A DNA stretch of 32,000 nucleotides from Ktedonobacterales bacterium (GCA_025450405.1 JANWHL010000016.1:1-32000); one strand, 5' to 3'. Counted from the stretch's first letter, positions 7,549 to 16,135 are shown. The notes: generated by a model not told the origin, from the letters alone. Numbers and translations: made by a program.

Positions 7549-8277
7549 TCATTGCCGGCGGTCGGGGCCGGACGCGATCGGCACGACGCCAATAGCCGCG
7601 GCGAGCTGGGGCCCGACGGCCTGTTCATGGCCGTCGTCGGGATCGCCCACCTGGACGCGGAGCGGTCCCCCGAAGGGCGCGCGCTCGCGCACGCAGACGG
7701 GAGTGCCGGGGACGAGGCCGAGCGTCGCGAGGTAGCGCAGCTTCTCCGCATCGTCGTCGCTCACCCGCTTGATAACGGCTGGTTGGCCCAGCTCGAGATC
7801 CGAGAGCGGTCGCGTCGGCGCCACCGTAACCGCGCCCGCCTTGCTGGGTATCGGGTCGCCGTGGGGATCCTCGGTGGGATGGCCGAGCAGGATGTCCATC
7901 CGCTCCTCAAAGGCCTCTGAGATGGCGTGTTCGAGGCGGTCGGCCTCGGCGTCGACCTCGTCCAGGCCGAACCCCATGATGCGGACGAGAAAGAGCTCGA
8001 GCAGGCGGTGATGCCGAACGAGCTCAGCCGCGATGGTCACCCCGCGCGGGGTCAGCGTCACACCGTGATAGGGCGTGTGGTCCACGTATCCACGCTCCGC
8101 GAGCGACTTGAAGAGCTGGGTCACCGTGGCGTCGCTGAGCTGGCCAGACGGCTCCAGCGCTCCCAGCCGCTCGCGCATGGCCGACGTGGTGATGTGTTCG
8201 TCGCGTTCGTGCAGTTTGTAGCAGAGCTTCAGGCAATCGACAGCTCGAACGGACAGCTCGCGCGTTTCCGGTGCCAT
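7549..8277 (-). CDS. mntR: DtxR/MntR-family metal-dependent transcriptional regulator with C-terminal FeoA/SH3-like domain
   Basis: ATG at 8275-8277, preceded by GGAGGAG at 5-nt spacing. It contains an HTH (TSAMRERLG...VTQLFKSLAERGYV), the metal-binding/dimerisation helix RHHRLLELFL...EADRLEHAIS, and the FeoA-like segment GQPAVIKRVSDDDAEKLRYLATLGLVPGTPVCV. It lies directly upstream of mntH on the same strand. Confidence 0.85.
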   Translation of the reverse strand: MAPETRELSVRAVDCLKLCYKLHERDEHITTSAMRERLGALEPSGQLSDATVTQLFKSLAERGYVDHTPYHGVTLTPRGVTIAAELVRHHRLLELFLVRIMGFGLDEVDAEADRLEHAISEAFEERMDILLGHPTEDPHGDPIPSKAGAVTVAPTRPLSDLELGQPAVIKRVSDDDAEKLRYLATLGLVPGTPVCVRERAPFGGPLRVQVGDPDDGHEQAVGPQLAAAIGVVPIASGPDRRQ

Positions 8278-8312
8278 GTGGCTCCTCCGCTTGCGTGCCT
8301 CGGCCAAAGGCC

Positions 8313-8333
8313 AGTTTTTACGATGCTAAAACT
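8313..8333. promoter_or_regulatory. candidate metalloregulator operator (21-bp imperfect palindrome) in the mntR-mntH promoter region
   Basis: The sequence is AGTTTTTACGATGCTAAAACT. The outer arms AGTTTT/AAAACT are perfectly complementary and 7 of 10 positions pair overall. It sits in the only strongly AT-rich stretch (8310-8395), 36-56 nt upstream of the mntR start. Confidence 0.35.
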
Positions 8334-8476
8334 AATGTAGCACAGAGATGAGATATAGTCAACAGCGGTCTTAAATACGCACTTTTGGGAATGCATGGAT
8401 GCGTCGGCCGCGTACCACACCGCGGTCGTGTCGGCCAGTACTGGATCATCTGGATTGGCGGTGTCGGGAAGTGGCG

Positions 8477-8815
8477 TTAGTATTCCCGCTCTGGATCGAG
8501 CTCCGCGTGTCGAAGTTGCTCGAGTAGCCGCAAGTCATTCAAGAAGTCAGCCCGTGTTTGCTCCGGTCCCTGCTCGAGCTCTTCGAGGACATCCAAGGTG
8601 AATGCCGTCCCACCATAGGTGGCCCAATCGTCGCGCAGCCTGGGATGGACGGCGCTGCCAGTCGATACGGCGAACGCGAAGTGGTTCCGCGCGCTCGCCA
8701 GGTCGGCGGTGTGGGCCAGGAGGTATTTGCCGGTGACCGTGTTTGTGACCGTATAGACGCCGCCACGGAGCCGGCGCTCTTTGTATTCGTTACGGAGTGC
8801 TCGTCGCTTATCCAT
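8477..8815 (-). CDS. small stand-alone GIY-YIG nuclease-family protein (112 aa)
   Basis: This is the C-terminal part of ORF 8477..9415(-). The ATG at 8813-8815 is preceded by GAGGTGAAGGA. The GIY-YIG core is GGVYTVTNTVTGKYLLAHTADLASARNHF, with downstream LRDDW..YG...F.LDVLEELE. Confidence 0.75.
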   Translation of the reverse strand: MDKRRALRNEYKERRLRGGVYTVTNTVTGKYLLAHTADLASARNHFAFAVSTGSAVHPRLRDDWATYGGTAFTLDVLEELEQGPEQTRADFLNDLRLLEQLRHAELDPEREY

Positions 8816-9039
8816 TGCGTCCTTCACCTCGCCTATTGAGTCGTGATGATCGGGTGTGGTGGCCCGAGGCCGTTGAAACCGGGCCGGACGTGCACCTGGC
8901 CGGGCGTCTGATCTCCCCCAGGGTCCTTCCACCGCTGGATGTCTGGAGGGACATCCGGCGCTCCGACATGTTCCGCGCATCCGTCGTCTCCGACGCGGGA
9001 CTTTCTCGCATTTGTACCAGGAAGCCGGTGTCTTCAGGG

Positions 9040-11484
9040 TCACGCTCGTCGCTCGCGGGCCATCCGCTTCTCCTGGCGCCGCGGGCGGGTGACGGGCTCG
9101 AGCCGCGCGGCGCTCTCGGGTTGATCGCGCGTCGCGGGGGGTGGTTCGAGGGCCGGACAGGCCGCGAGCGCGAGCGCATCCGCGATGACCTCGTCCGTCG
9201 TTCGCGCGGCGGAGCCGTTGGCCCATTCGGCGTGAAAGGCCGCGGCGCCAAGAGCGTGTTGGGCCGCCGCGAGAGTCGCCTCGAACGCGACCCGTTCCGC
9301 CGGTGGCAGCGGGCCACGCGCCCGTTCGCGGAGCGTTGCGGCGGCGGCGCAGAGGCGCACCGCCTCGCGATGCCAGCCCTCGGCGCTGAGGGTGGCGGCG
9401 AAGCCCTCCACGCACCAGGCCGTCCAGGTCGGGCTCGCGAACTCGCGCAACCGCGCCAAGGCCGATCGAAAGTACATCTGTGCCTCACCATAGTGACCCT
9501 GATCGCGGGCCACCTGGCCCAACCGCGTGGTGAAGATGGCTATGTCCCACTGTTCTTCAGCCTCACTCGCCCCCGCCAGAGCCTCCACATACCCAGCGGC
9601 GGCACGCGGAAGATCACCGCGCACGTGGGCCAATTCGCCCAGGAAGTAGTGCGCGCGATACTCGAGGGTGCCATCGCCGCCACGGCGGGCGTGGGCATGA
9701 GTCGCGACGTAGGCCGCTTCGGCGTCGTCGAGCCGGCCGGCCGCCTGAGCGATCATGCCGACGGTGCTGTAGGCGTTCGCCAGACCGCTCTCGTCATCGC
9801 TGGACTCAGCCAGGCGCACGGCTGCGTACGCCCAGGCCTCGGCGCGTTCCAGGAGCCCGGTACCAAGCAGCGCGCGCCCAAGGCCGTAGAGCCTCGTAAC
9901 CCGGAGCGCGGTTGGCGCGGCGGGGCCGCCGCGCGCGGCCACGCCGCTGTCAAGGTTGAGCATGCGCTCTGTCCAGCGCACGGCCTCGCCGATCTGGCCG
10001 CGTACATGCCACAACCGCGTCATACCCGCCAGACGCAGTCCGGTCGTCGCGTCCTCGCGCTCCTCGGCCCACTCCATCGCCGCGCGCGCATTGGCGAGGT
10101 CCGCGTCCGTGAGCGCGGCATCGGGTCCGCGGGCGGATACAGTGTCCGCCAGGTGCGCGTAATATTGAGCGTGCCGGCGACGACAGTCGTCCTCCTCGCC
10201 GGCCAGACGCAGCTGATCGCGCGCGTACGCACGCGTAGTCTCGAGCATGCGCACGCGCGACGTCTTGTTCGCGTCGGGCACGCTTTCCACCAGACTCGCG
10301 TCCACGAGCTCGGCCATGGCGCGCGGGGCGGTGTCGGGGATGATCGTGCCGTCGTCCGCGAGCACGGCCAGCGCCGCGTCGAGCGCGCATGCGCCCACAA
10401 AGACCCCCAGCGCCCGAAAGAGGCGCCGCCCGATGTCGTCGAGCAGATGGTAGCTCCAGCCGATCGCGTCGTTCAGCGTGCGCTGATGGGGAGGGAGATC
10501 GCGAGCGCCGTCCAGCGGCAGGGCCAGATGGTCACGCAAGTGTCGGAGAATCTCGGCCGGCCCCAGCAGCCGGACCTGGGCGGCCGCCAGTTCGATGGCC
10601 AGCGGCAGGTCGTCCAGGCGGGCGCAGAGCGCCGCCACGTCGTGGTCGACATATTCACGGTCCGGTCGGAGGGCCCGAGCACGCTCGCGGAACAGCGCGA
10701 CCGCATCCGCCCGGGCCAGTGGCGCGAGCGGCAAGATGCGCTCGGCGCGTATGCGCAGCGGTGCGCGACTGGTCACGAGCACGCGGACGTTGGGGCAAGC
10801 CGCCACCAGATCCGCCACGAAGGGCGCGGCGGCCACGACGTGCTCGAAATTGTCCAGCACGAGCAGCAGGCTGGCGCCGCCAAGCGCGGCGATCACCTGG
10901 TCAGCTGGCACGCGATTCAATTGGTCGCGCGCGTCGAGCGCCTGGGCCACGGCCACGGGGACCAACGCGGCATCGCGCACGGGCACCAGATCGACGAAGG
11001 CGGCGCCATGCGCGAACGTGGAGGTGAGGTCGTGGGCGAGCGTCAGGGCGAGCCGAGTCTTGCCGACGCCGCTCGGTCCGGAAATGGTCACCACGCGCGC
11101 GCCGTCGGGACGCAAACAGGTGTGCCCGCGCTCGCGATCCCGCTCGCGACCAATGAGGGGCGTCGCTGGCAGTGGCGGCGCGGATGTCGCGAATGGGGCG
11201 GATGACGCGGCCTCGCGCGCAAGCTCATCGTGGTCCGCACCGACCACGTGGGCCAGGTCTGGGCGCGCGGCGGCCACAAGGCGCGCGCGCTCGGAGGGCG
11301 TGAGCGCGAGGGCGGAGGCCAGGCGCTCCAGCGTCGCGGGGTGAGGCGTGCGGTGCGCACCGCGCTCAAGATCAGAGATCGCGCGCGTGCTCAAGCCCGC
11401 GTGAGCCGCGAGGGCTTCTTGCGATTGCCCCGCCGCCGCGCGATAGCGCTTGAGCAGCGTGCTCAAACTGTCACGGTCGCTCAT
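9040..11484 (-). CDS. XRE-type HTH / NB-ARC-like P-loop STAND NTPase / TPR-repeat protein
   Basis: ATG at 11482-11484 (MSDRDSLSTLLKRYRAAAGQSQEALAAHAGLSTRAISDLERG is an XRE HTH). Walker A is ISGPSGVGKTRLAL and Walker B is LLLVLDNFEH. The segment DDLPLAIELAA resembles the NB-ARC GxP/winged-helix region. The C-terminal half consists of TPR-like helical repeats. Confidence 0.85.
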   Translation of the reverse strand: MSDRDSLSTLLKRYRAAAGQSQEALAAHAGLSTRAISDLERGAHRTPHPATLERLASALALTPSERARLVAAARPDLAHVVGADHDELAREAASSAPFATSAPPLPATPLIGRERDRERGHTCLRPDGARVVTISGPSGVGKTRLALTLAHDLTSTFAHGAAFVDLVPVRDAALVPVAVAQALDARDQLNRVPADQVIAALGGASLLLVLDNFEHVVAAAPFVADLVAACPNVRVLVTSRAPLRIRAERILPLAPLARADAVALFRERARALRPDREYVDHDVAALCARLDDLPLAIELAAAQVRLLGPAEILRHLRDHLALPLDGARDLPPHQRTLNDAIGWSYHLLDDIGRRLFRALGVFVGACALDAALAVLADDGTIIPDTAPRAMAELVDASLVESVPDANKTSRVRMLETTRAYARDQLRLAGEEDDCRRRHAQYYAHLADTVSARGPDAALTDADLANARAAMEWAEEREDATTGLRLAGMTRLWHVRGQIGEAVRWTERMLNLDSGVAARGGPAAPTALRVTRLYGLGRALLGTGLLERAEAWAYAAVRLAESSDDESGLANAYSTVGMIAQAAGRLDDAEAAYVATHAHARRGGDGTLEYRAHYFLGELAHVRGDLPRAAAGYVEALAGASEAEEQWDIAIFTTRLGQVARDQGHYGEAQMYFRSALARLREFASPTWTAWCVEGFAATLSAEGWHREAVRLCAAAATLRERARGPLPPAERVAFEATLAAAQHALGAAAFHAEWANGSAARTTDEVIADALALAACPALEPPPATRDQPESAARLEPVTRPRRQEKRMARERRA

Positions 11485-11623
11485 GCTTGGTCGCTCATGT
11501 CGTGTGCGCACTCTTCGTGCTGGCTCCAAATGGCCATCCGGCGCCGCCGCAACGCCCTCCAGCGGCTCGCGCAGGTGGGCTAAGGCTTTCCGCCGCGCCT
11601 GCCGCCAGCATAGCACGGGAACC

Positions 11624-11659
11624 CTCGAACGGGATCACTCGAACGACAGTATACGAACA
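11624..11659. promoter_or_regulatory. three phased direct repeats (CTCGAACG / CTCGAACG / TACGAACA, 14-nt period) in a divergent promoter region
   Basis: The repeats start at 11624, 11638 and 11652, exactly 14 nt apart. They lie between the divergently transcribed HTH-STAND gene (start 11484) and the DUF3237-like gene (start 11796). Confidence 0.3.
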
Positions 11660-11795
11660 CGCGGGAAAAATGTGAGGAAAAGTCATGGTGCCGCTGCCAC
11701 GCGCCATTTATGCTTGGAGCGACATCGTCGAGCGACATCATTTTGAGCCGCCCGCGAACGTGAACCGGCGCGGCTGGTCGGAGGAGTCAACTGAC

Positions 11796-12251
11796 ATGCG
11801 ACTGACCCATCTTTGCGATATGCGACTGGCCTTCGAAGACGATCCGATCCTCGTGCGGCCCTATGGCGGCGAGGACGGCAGCTCGTTTGGCCAGGGCGGA
11901 GGCACGGTCATCGGTGAGCGGTTGGGCGGCACCGCGCGCTGGGTGAATGTGCCCCAACGGCGGGGCGACGGCGCCATGCTGCCTAACATCCGCGGCGTCA
12001 TCACGACGCCCGACGGCGCGAACGTTCTCTTCACCATGCGCGGTCGCACGGTGTGGCGCGCGACCGCTGAGGGCGTCGTGGGCAATCAGTTGCTAAGCGT
12101 GCTCTTCGAGACGGAAGACGAGGGCCACCGCTGGCTCAACGACGCCGTCTGCGTCCTCGAGGGCGCCGTGGCGCCGCCGATGCCGGGCAGGCCACGTCCC
12201 CAAGCGCCAAGAGGCATGCGGGTCTATGTGTGCGAAAACGACCTGATGTAG
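11796..12251 (+). CDS. DUF3237-like beta-barrel protein (function unknown)
   Basis: ATG at 11796, preceded by GGAGGAG. The segment GGGTVIGERLGGTARWVNVPQRRGDGAMLPNIRGVITTPDGANVLFTMRG resembles the DUF3237/UPF0311 pattern G-x-V-x-G-x-x-L-x-G...DW...R-x-DG...D-x-R...T-x-DGA. Confidence 0.55.
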   Translation: MRLTHLCDMRLAFEDDPILVRPYGGEDGSSFGQGGGTVIGERLGGTARWVNVPQRRGDGAMLPNIRGVITTPDGANVLFTMRGRTVWRATAEGVVGNQLLSVLFETEDEGHRWLNDAVCVLEGAVAPPMPGRPRPQAPRGMRVYVCENDLM

Positions 12252-12330
12252 CGCTGTCGATACGCACGATTGAGCGCGTACAAGCGCCGATCGCGCTGGT
12301 TCAGTCCTGTGCTCTGGAAGGGAGGGCGCC

Positions 12331-13290
12331 ATGATACTGATTGTGGGGGCTCGCGGTCGTCTGGGCGGGGCGGTCACCCGGAGATTGCTGGCGGCGGGGC
12401 AATCAGTCCGCGCCATGACGCGCACACCGTCCCAATTGGCGGACCTCGCCGCGCGTGGGGCCGAGGTCGTGGCGGGTGACCTGCGCGATCCCGCGTCGCT
12501 CGCGCGGGCGTGCCGCGGCGTGGACCGCGTGCTGGCCGCCGCGCATGCGTTTGATGGCGCGGGCGCGAACGTGCCGGCCACCGTGGATGACGCCGGCAAT
12601 CGTGCCCTTGTCGACGCGGCGCGCGCCGCCGGCGTGGAACACGTGGTGTTCACGTCGATCCAGGGTGCCCGGGCTGACCATCCAATTGACATCTGGCGCG
12701 ACAAAGCTCGCGCTGAGTCCTACCTGAGCGCAAGCGGGCTGAGCCACACCATTCTGCGCCCCAGCGCGTTCATGGAGCTGTGGACGGACATTGTGGGCAC
12801 GCCAATCGTACGGCAAGGGCGGCCCATGATCTTCGGACGTGGCACAAACCCGATCAATTTTGTCGCCGTCGCCGACGTGGCGCGCTACGCCGTGTTCGCG
12901 CTGGACGATCCGCGAGCGCGCGGTCAGATCATCGAGGTCGGTGGACCTGACAACGTTTCACTGCTGGCGTTCGCCAGGATGATCGAGCGGGCGCTTGGGC
13001 GCGCGCCCGCCGCGCCACGGCACATTCCGTTGGCGATGATGCGTGTGATGGGCGTGGTGGCGCGACCAGTGAATCCAGCCTTCGCCCGGCAAGTGCGCGC
13101 GGGCGTGCTGATGGACACAACTGATATGTCCATGGACCCCGGTCCCACGCTGCGCCGATTCCCCCTTGATGCTCCAGAGTTGACGCGCCTCGAGGACGTG
13201 GTGGCCCGGCGGTACGGCGCTGGCGAGGTCACCATAGCCGATACGCGGCGGGATCAAAGCGTCGCGTCCGCCAACGGTACTCCCACGTGA
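12331..13290 (+). CDS. NmrA-like / atypical SDR NAD(P)-binding protein
   Basis: ATG at 12331, preceded by GGAAGGGAGG. It has the N-terminal Rossmann motif MILIVGARGRLGGAV, plus HVVFTS...ILRPSAFME typical of the NmrA/HSCARG family. Confidence 0.8.
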   Translation: MILIVGARGRLGGAVTRRLLAAGQSVRAMTRTPSQLADLAARGAEVVAGDLRDPASLARACRGVDRVLAAAHAFDGAGANVPATVDDAGNRALVDAARAAGVEHVVFTSIQGARADHPIDIWRDKARAESYLSASGLSHTILRPSAFMELWTDIVGTPIVRQGRPMIFGRGTNPINFVAVADVARYAVFALDDPRARGQIIEVGGPDNVSLLAFARMIERALGRAPAAPRHIPLAMMRVMGVVARPVNPAFARQVRAGVLMDTTDMSMDPGPTLRRFPLDAPELTRLEDVVARRYGAGEVTIADTRRDQSVASANGTPT

Positions 13291-14728
13291 ACCCGGGCCA
13301 CAGCGTCGTGTTGCGGCCGCCCGCATCCAGATACCAGCTGGCGCACCCGGTCAACCAAACGGTCGGCCGCATACGCCGTCGCATCTCGGCGACGAACTCG
13401 GCCTGGGCCTCGGGCCGCACCTCCACCGCGTCGAGTCGCTTCCGCTCCATGAGGCGGAGGGCGTCCGCGATGTAGGCCAGTTGTGACTCGATCATGTAGA
13501 TCATCGAGCTGTGGCCCAGGCCGGTGTTGGGACCAATCATGACAAAGAGATTCGGGAATCCGGCGACGGTCGTGCCTAGATAGGCTCGCGGCTCCGCGCG
13601 CCACGCGTGTGCCAAGGTCAGGCCACCGCGGCCGCGCACGCGCTCGGCGATGGGCAGGTCGGTGACATGGAAGCCCGTGGCGAGGATGATCGTATCGACC
13701 GGCCGCTCTGCTCCGTCCTCAGTGATCACGCTCCGCGCCCGCACCTCGCGGATGCGGTCAGTCACAACTTCGACATTGTCGCGGGTGAGGGCCGGGTAGA
13801 AGTCGTCCGAGAGCAGGATGCGCTTGCAGCCCATGGCGTAGTTGGGTGTGAGCTTGGCGCGCAGCGCCGCGTCGGGTACCCGCACCCGCAGGTGGCGAAG
13901 CGCGAGCGCTTCGATCCGCTTGAGCAGGGCCGGGCGATAGACAAACCCCAGGACGCCGATCTCCAACCGGCCATAGATCGACGCGCGTTCGAGCTGCCGC
14001 GTCAGGGGCAGGGCGCGATAGAGGGCGCGCCGCCGCTCAGGGATCGCGTGGTCATGGCGCGGCAGGATCCAGGGGGGAGTCCGCTGAAACACGGTCAGCC
14101 GCTCCACCAGCGGCTGGATGCGCGGCACGACCTGTATGGCGGATGCTCCGGTCCCGATCACCGCGACGCGCTCGCCGCCCACGGCGTGCGCGTGGTTCCA
14201 CTGGGAGGAGTGAAACAGCGTGCCTGAGAATCCATCGAGACCAGGGATGACGGGCACGGCCGGCTCGCTGAGCGGGCCGCTGCCGAGGGCAAGCGCCTGG
14301 GCCGTCAACCGCCCGCGATTGGTGATGATGAGCCAGCGGCGGCTATCGCTGTCCCATTCCGCCGCGATCACCTCCTCGTCGAAGCGAATGTGCGGGACGA
14401 CGCCGAAACGCGCGGCGCAGTCGCGCAAATACGCCTGGATCTCGCTCTGAGGCGAATAGGCCCGGGACCAGTCAGGGTTGGGCGCGAAGGAAAATGAATA
14501 GAGGTGCGAGGGCACGTCGCAGGCGCAGCCGGGGTACGTGTTGTCGCGCCAGGTGCCGCCGATCTCCGCCGCCCGCTCGATGACGACGAAGTCGTTCATG
14601 CCGGTCCGTTTGAGCTGGATGGCCAGCCCGAGTCCGGAGAAGCCCGCGCCGACGATCGCGACGCGTACGTCCCGCGGCTGCCTGGAGAAGGTCTCACATG
14701 TGGCCTCGTGGCCGTGAGTGCTGGACAT
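13229..14728 (-). CDS. flavin-containing / Baeyer-Villiger-type monooxygenase (class B)
   Basis: FAD-binding motif VAIVGAGFSGLG, BVMO/FMO fingerprint FSGTLFHSSQWNH (FxGxxxHxxxW), second dinucleotide motif VAVIGTGASAIQ and IILATGF. Confidence 0.85.
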   Translation of the reverse strand: MSSTHGHEATCETFSRQPRDVRVAIVGAGFSGLGLAIQLKRTGMNDFVVIERAAEIGGTWRDNTYPGCACDVPSHLYSFSFAPNPDWSRAYSPQSEIQAYLRDCAARFGVVPHIRFDEEVIAAEWDSDSRRWLIITNRGRLTAQALALGSGPLSEPAVPVIPGLDGFSGTLFHSSQWNHAHAVGGERVAVIGTGASAIQVVPRIQPLVERLTVFQRTPPWILPRHDHAIPERRRALYRALPLTRQLERASIYGRLEIGVLGFVYRPALLKRIEALALRHLRVRVPDAALRAKLTPNYAMGCKRILLSDDFYPALTRDNVEVVTDRIREVRARSVITEDGAERPVDTIILATGFHVTDLPIAERVRGRGGLTLAHAWRAEPRAYLGTTVAGFPNLFVMIGPNTGLGHSSMIYMIESQLAYIADALRLMERKRLDAVEVRPEAQAEFVAEMRRRMRPTVWLTGCASWYLDAGGRNTTLWPGFTWEYRWRTRRFDPAAYRLW

Positions 14729-14857
14729 ATGGCGAGTCCTAGCGTTTTCGACGCAGGCCGGCCGGCGACATGGCGCAAGCGGGAACGCGGCGGCCGGTTA
14801 GCGCTCCGTGGATTGTACCGCGCCAAAGCGGCATGGCGATGGATTGGGGCACCTGGC

Positions 14858-16135
14858 TCACCAAATCTCCACGGCCCACAACGTCGGCACGTCCAGCGCA
14901 CGGGCGAGGGCGAGGCGCCGCTTTCCGTCAATAATGGCTACCTCGTCGTGGGGTGCGCTCGACGCACGCACCCGGACGACCACGGGGGGAGTCATGCGGT
15001 AACGGATACCGTCAAGTTTGAATTCGAGAACCCCGGTCAGGTCAAACAGGTTCAGCGCGTAATCGCGCAGGAGCAGGGCGTGCACCAAGCGCAATCCGCT
15101 GAGCTCAAGGCCGCGCTGGGCCGAGTCTAGCGCGCGGCCTTGAGTCGCTGGCAAGCGGCTTACGGCGAACTGGCGGGTCACCATGTGGGGTACGGTGGAC
15201 ATATGGGCGTCCATCTTGGTGATATGGCGGGTCGCGGCCTTCCAGCTCGCGTAGCGCAGGATGCGAAGGTCGTGTCGCGCGAGCGCCCCATTGGGCATCT
15301 TGGTGCAGTCCGATTTCGTCTCCGCTTGGTACGCTATTCCGTGCTCCAGGCAAGTCTGAGCGATGAACTCCTCGGCGTCGTGAACGCGTTCGAGCGCGAT
15401 GCGGTGTCCGTCAAGCGTGGTGGCGTCTATGAGCGCCCGCTTGCCCGCGAGACGGACATTGCCAATCGCGCTGTCCTCCCAGCACCATGCCGTGAGCGGG
15501 TTGCCAGGAGCCCAGACGGGTAGCCCGCGTGCGACGGAGTACTGGAAGGTGCGCTCGGCGCCGGCCCGGCCACTGCCAGCTAAGCCGTCGGCTTCACGCA
15601 CGATGTCGAGAAGTAGCAGCAGCCGCGCGCGCTCGCTCGCGGGGAGCCCGCTGGCGAAGCGTGCGAGCGGACGAGTGTATTGGCCAAGTTGGAGGGGGCG
15701 AACCCGACCACCCCACGCGCGACTTGGATGCCGAAAATTCGTGTCGTCGTGGTGGGCGATCAGATACCCGACAACCGTTGTAAAGGATTCACTCTCTGAT
15801 GGCCACGGCACCGTGGCTAACACCTCGAATGCCGTGGCTACACCCGCGACCACGTGCTCACGTCGATCGCGCGACCATGTTGGCACGAGCGCGCAATACC
15901 CGACATCATGAAGGAGGGCGGCGCATTGCACCGCCGCGCGTTCCGTCACGGTGAGCGCGGATTCAATCCTGTGCATGACCGCGAGCACATTGCGCTCGAC
16001 TTCGTGTGCGTGGTCCAGTCCATGGAATCGATCCGTCACCGTGGCACGCGCGAAGCACAAACGTACCCAGCTCCGCACATGCCGAATGAGAGCGTCGGCC
16101 TCGTCCGCGGCATCAGGTGTATCGGGTAGCAACAT
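14858..16135 (-). CDS. HD-domain phosphohydrolase fused to a C-terminal ParB/Srx-like domain
   Basis: Lies in ORF 14858..16162(-). I prefer the ATG at 16133-16135 (GGAG upstream). HD motifs are FHGLDHAHEVERN, AALLHDVGY, LIAHHDD and VREAD. The C-terminus PPVVVRVRASSAPHDEVAIIDGKRRLALARALDVPTLWAVEIW matches the ParB N-terminal/sulfiredoxin-fold signature (beta strand, then hh-DG-x-[HKR]-R-h-x-A-h). Confidence 0.7.
   Translation of the reverse strand: MLLPDTPDAADEADALIRHVRSWVRLCFARATVTDRFHGLDHAHEVERNVLAVMHRIESALTVTERAAVQCAALLHDVGYCALVPTWSRDRREHVVAGVATAFEVLATVPWPSESESFTTVVGYLIAHHDDTNFRHPSRAWGGRVRPLQLGQYTRPLARFASGLPASERARLLLLLDIVREADGLAGSGRAGAERTFQYSVARGLPVWAPGNPLTAWCWEDSAIGNVRLAGKRALIDATTLDGHRIALERVHDAEEFIAQTCLEHGIAYQAETKSDCTKMPNGALARHDLRILRYASWKAATRHITKMDAHMSTVPHMVTRQFAVSRLPATQGRALDSAQRGLELSGLRLVHALLLRDYALNLFDLTGVLEFKLDGIRYRMTPPVVVRVRASSAPHDEVAIIDGKRRLALARALDVPTLWAVEIW

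Noticed and set aside
8797-11205. Very long antisense ORFs. Examples: 8797..11205(+) 802 aa; 27517..29028(-) 503 aa; 24192..25370(-) 392 aa; 5892..7124(-) 410 aa; 21670..22737(-) 355 aa; 22759..23700(-) 313 aa; 4039..4989(-) 316 aa; 148..1080(+) 310 aa.
   Set aside because: Each lies opposite a gene with clear family motifs (STAND, lon, tig, mntH, GH20, ABC ATPase, LLM). Their translations are Arg/Pro/Gly/Ala-rich with no recognisable motifs or RBS. These are the typical shadow ORFs of high-GC DNA, where stop codons are rare.
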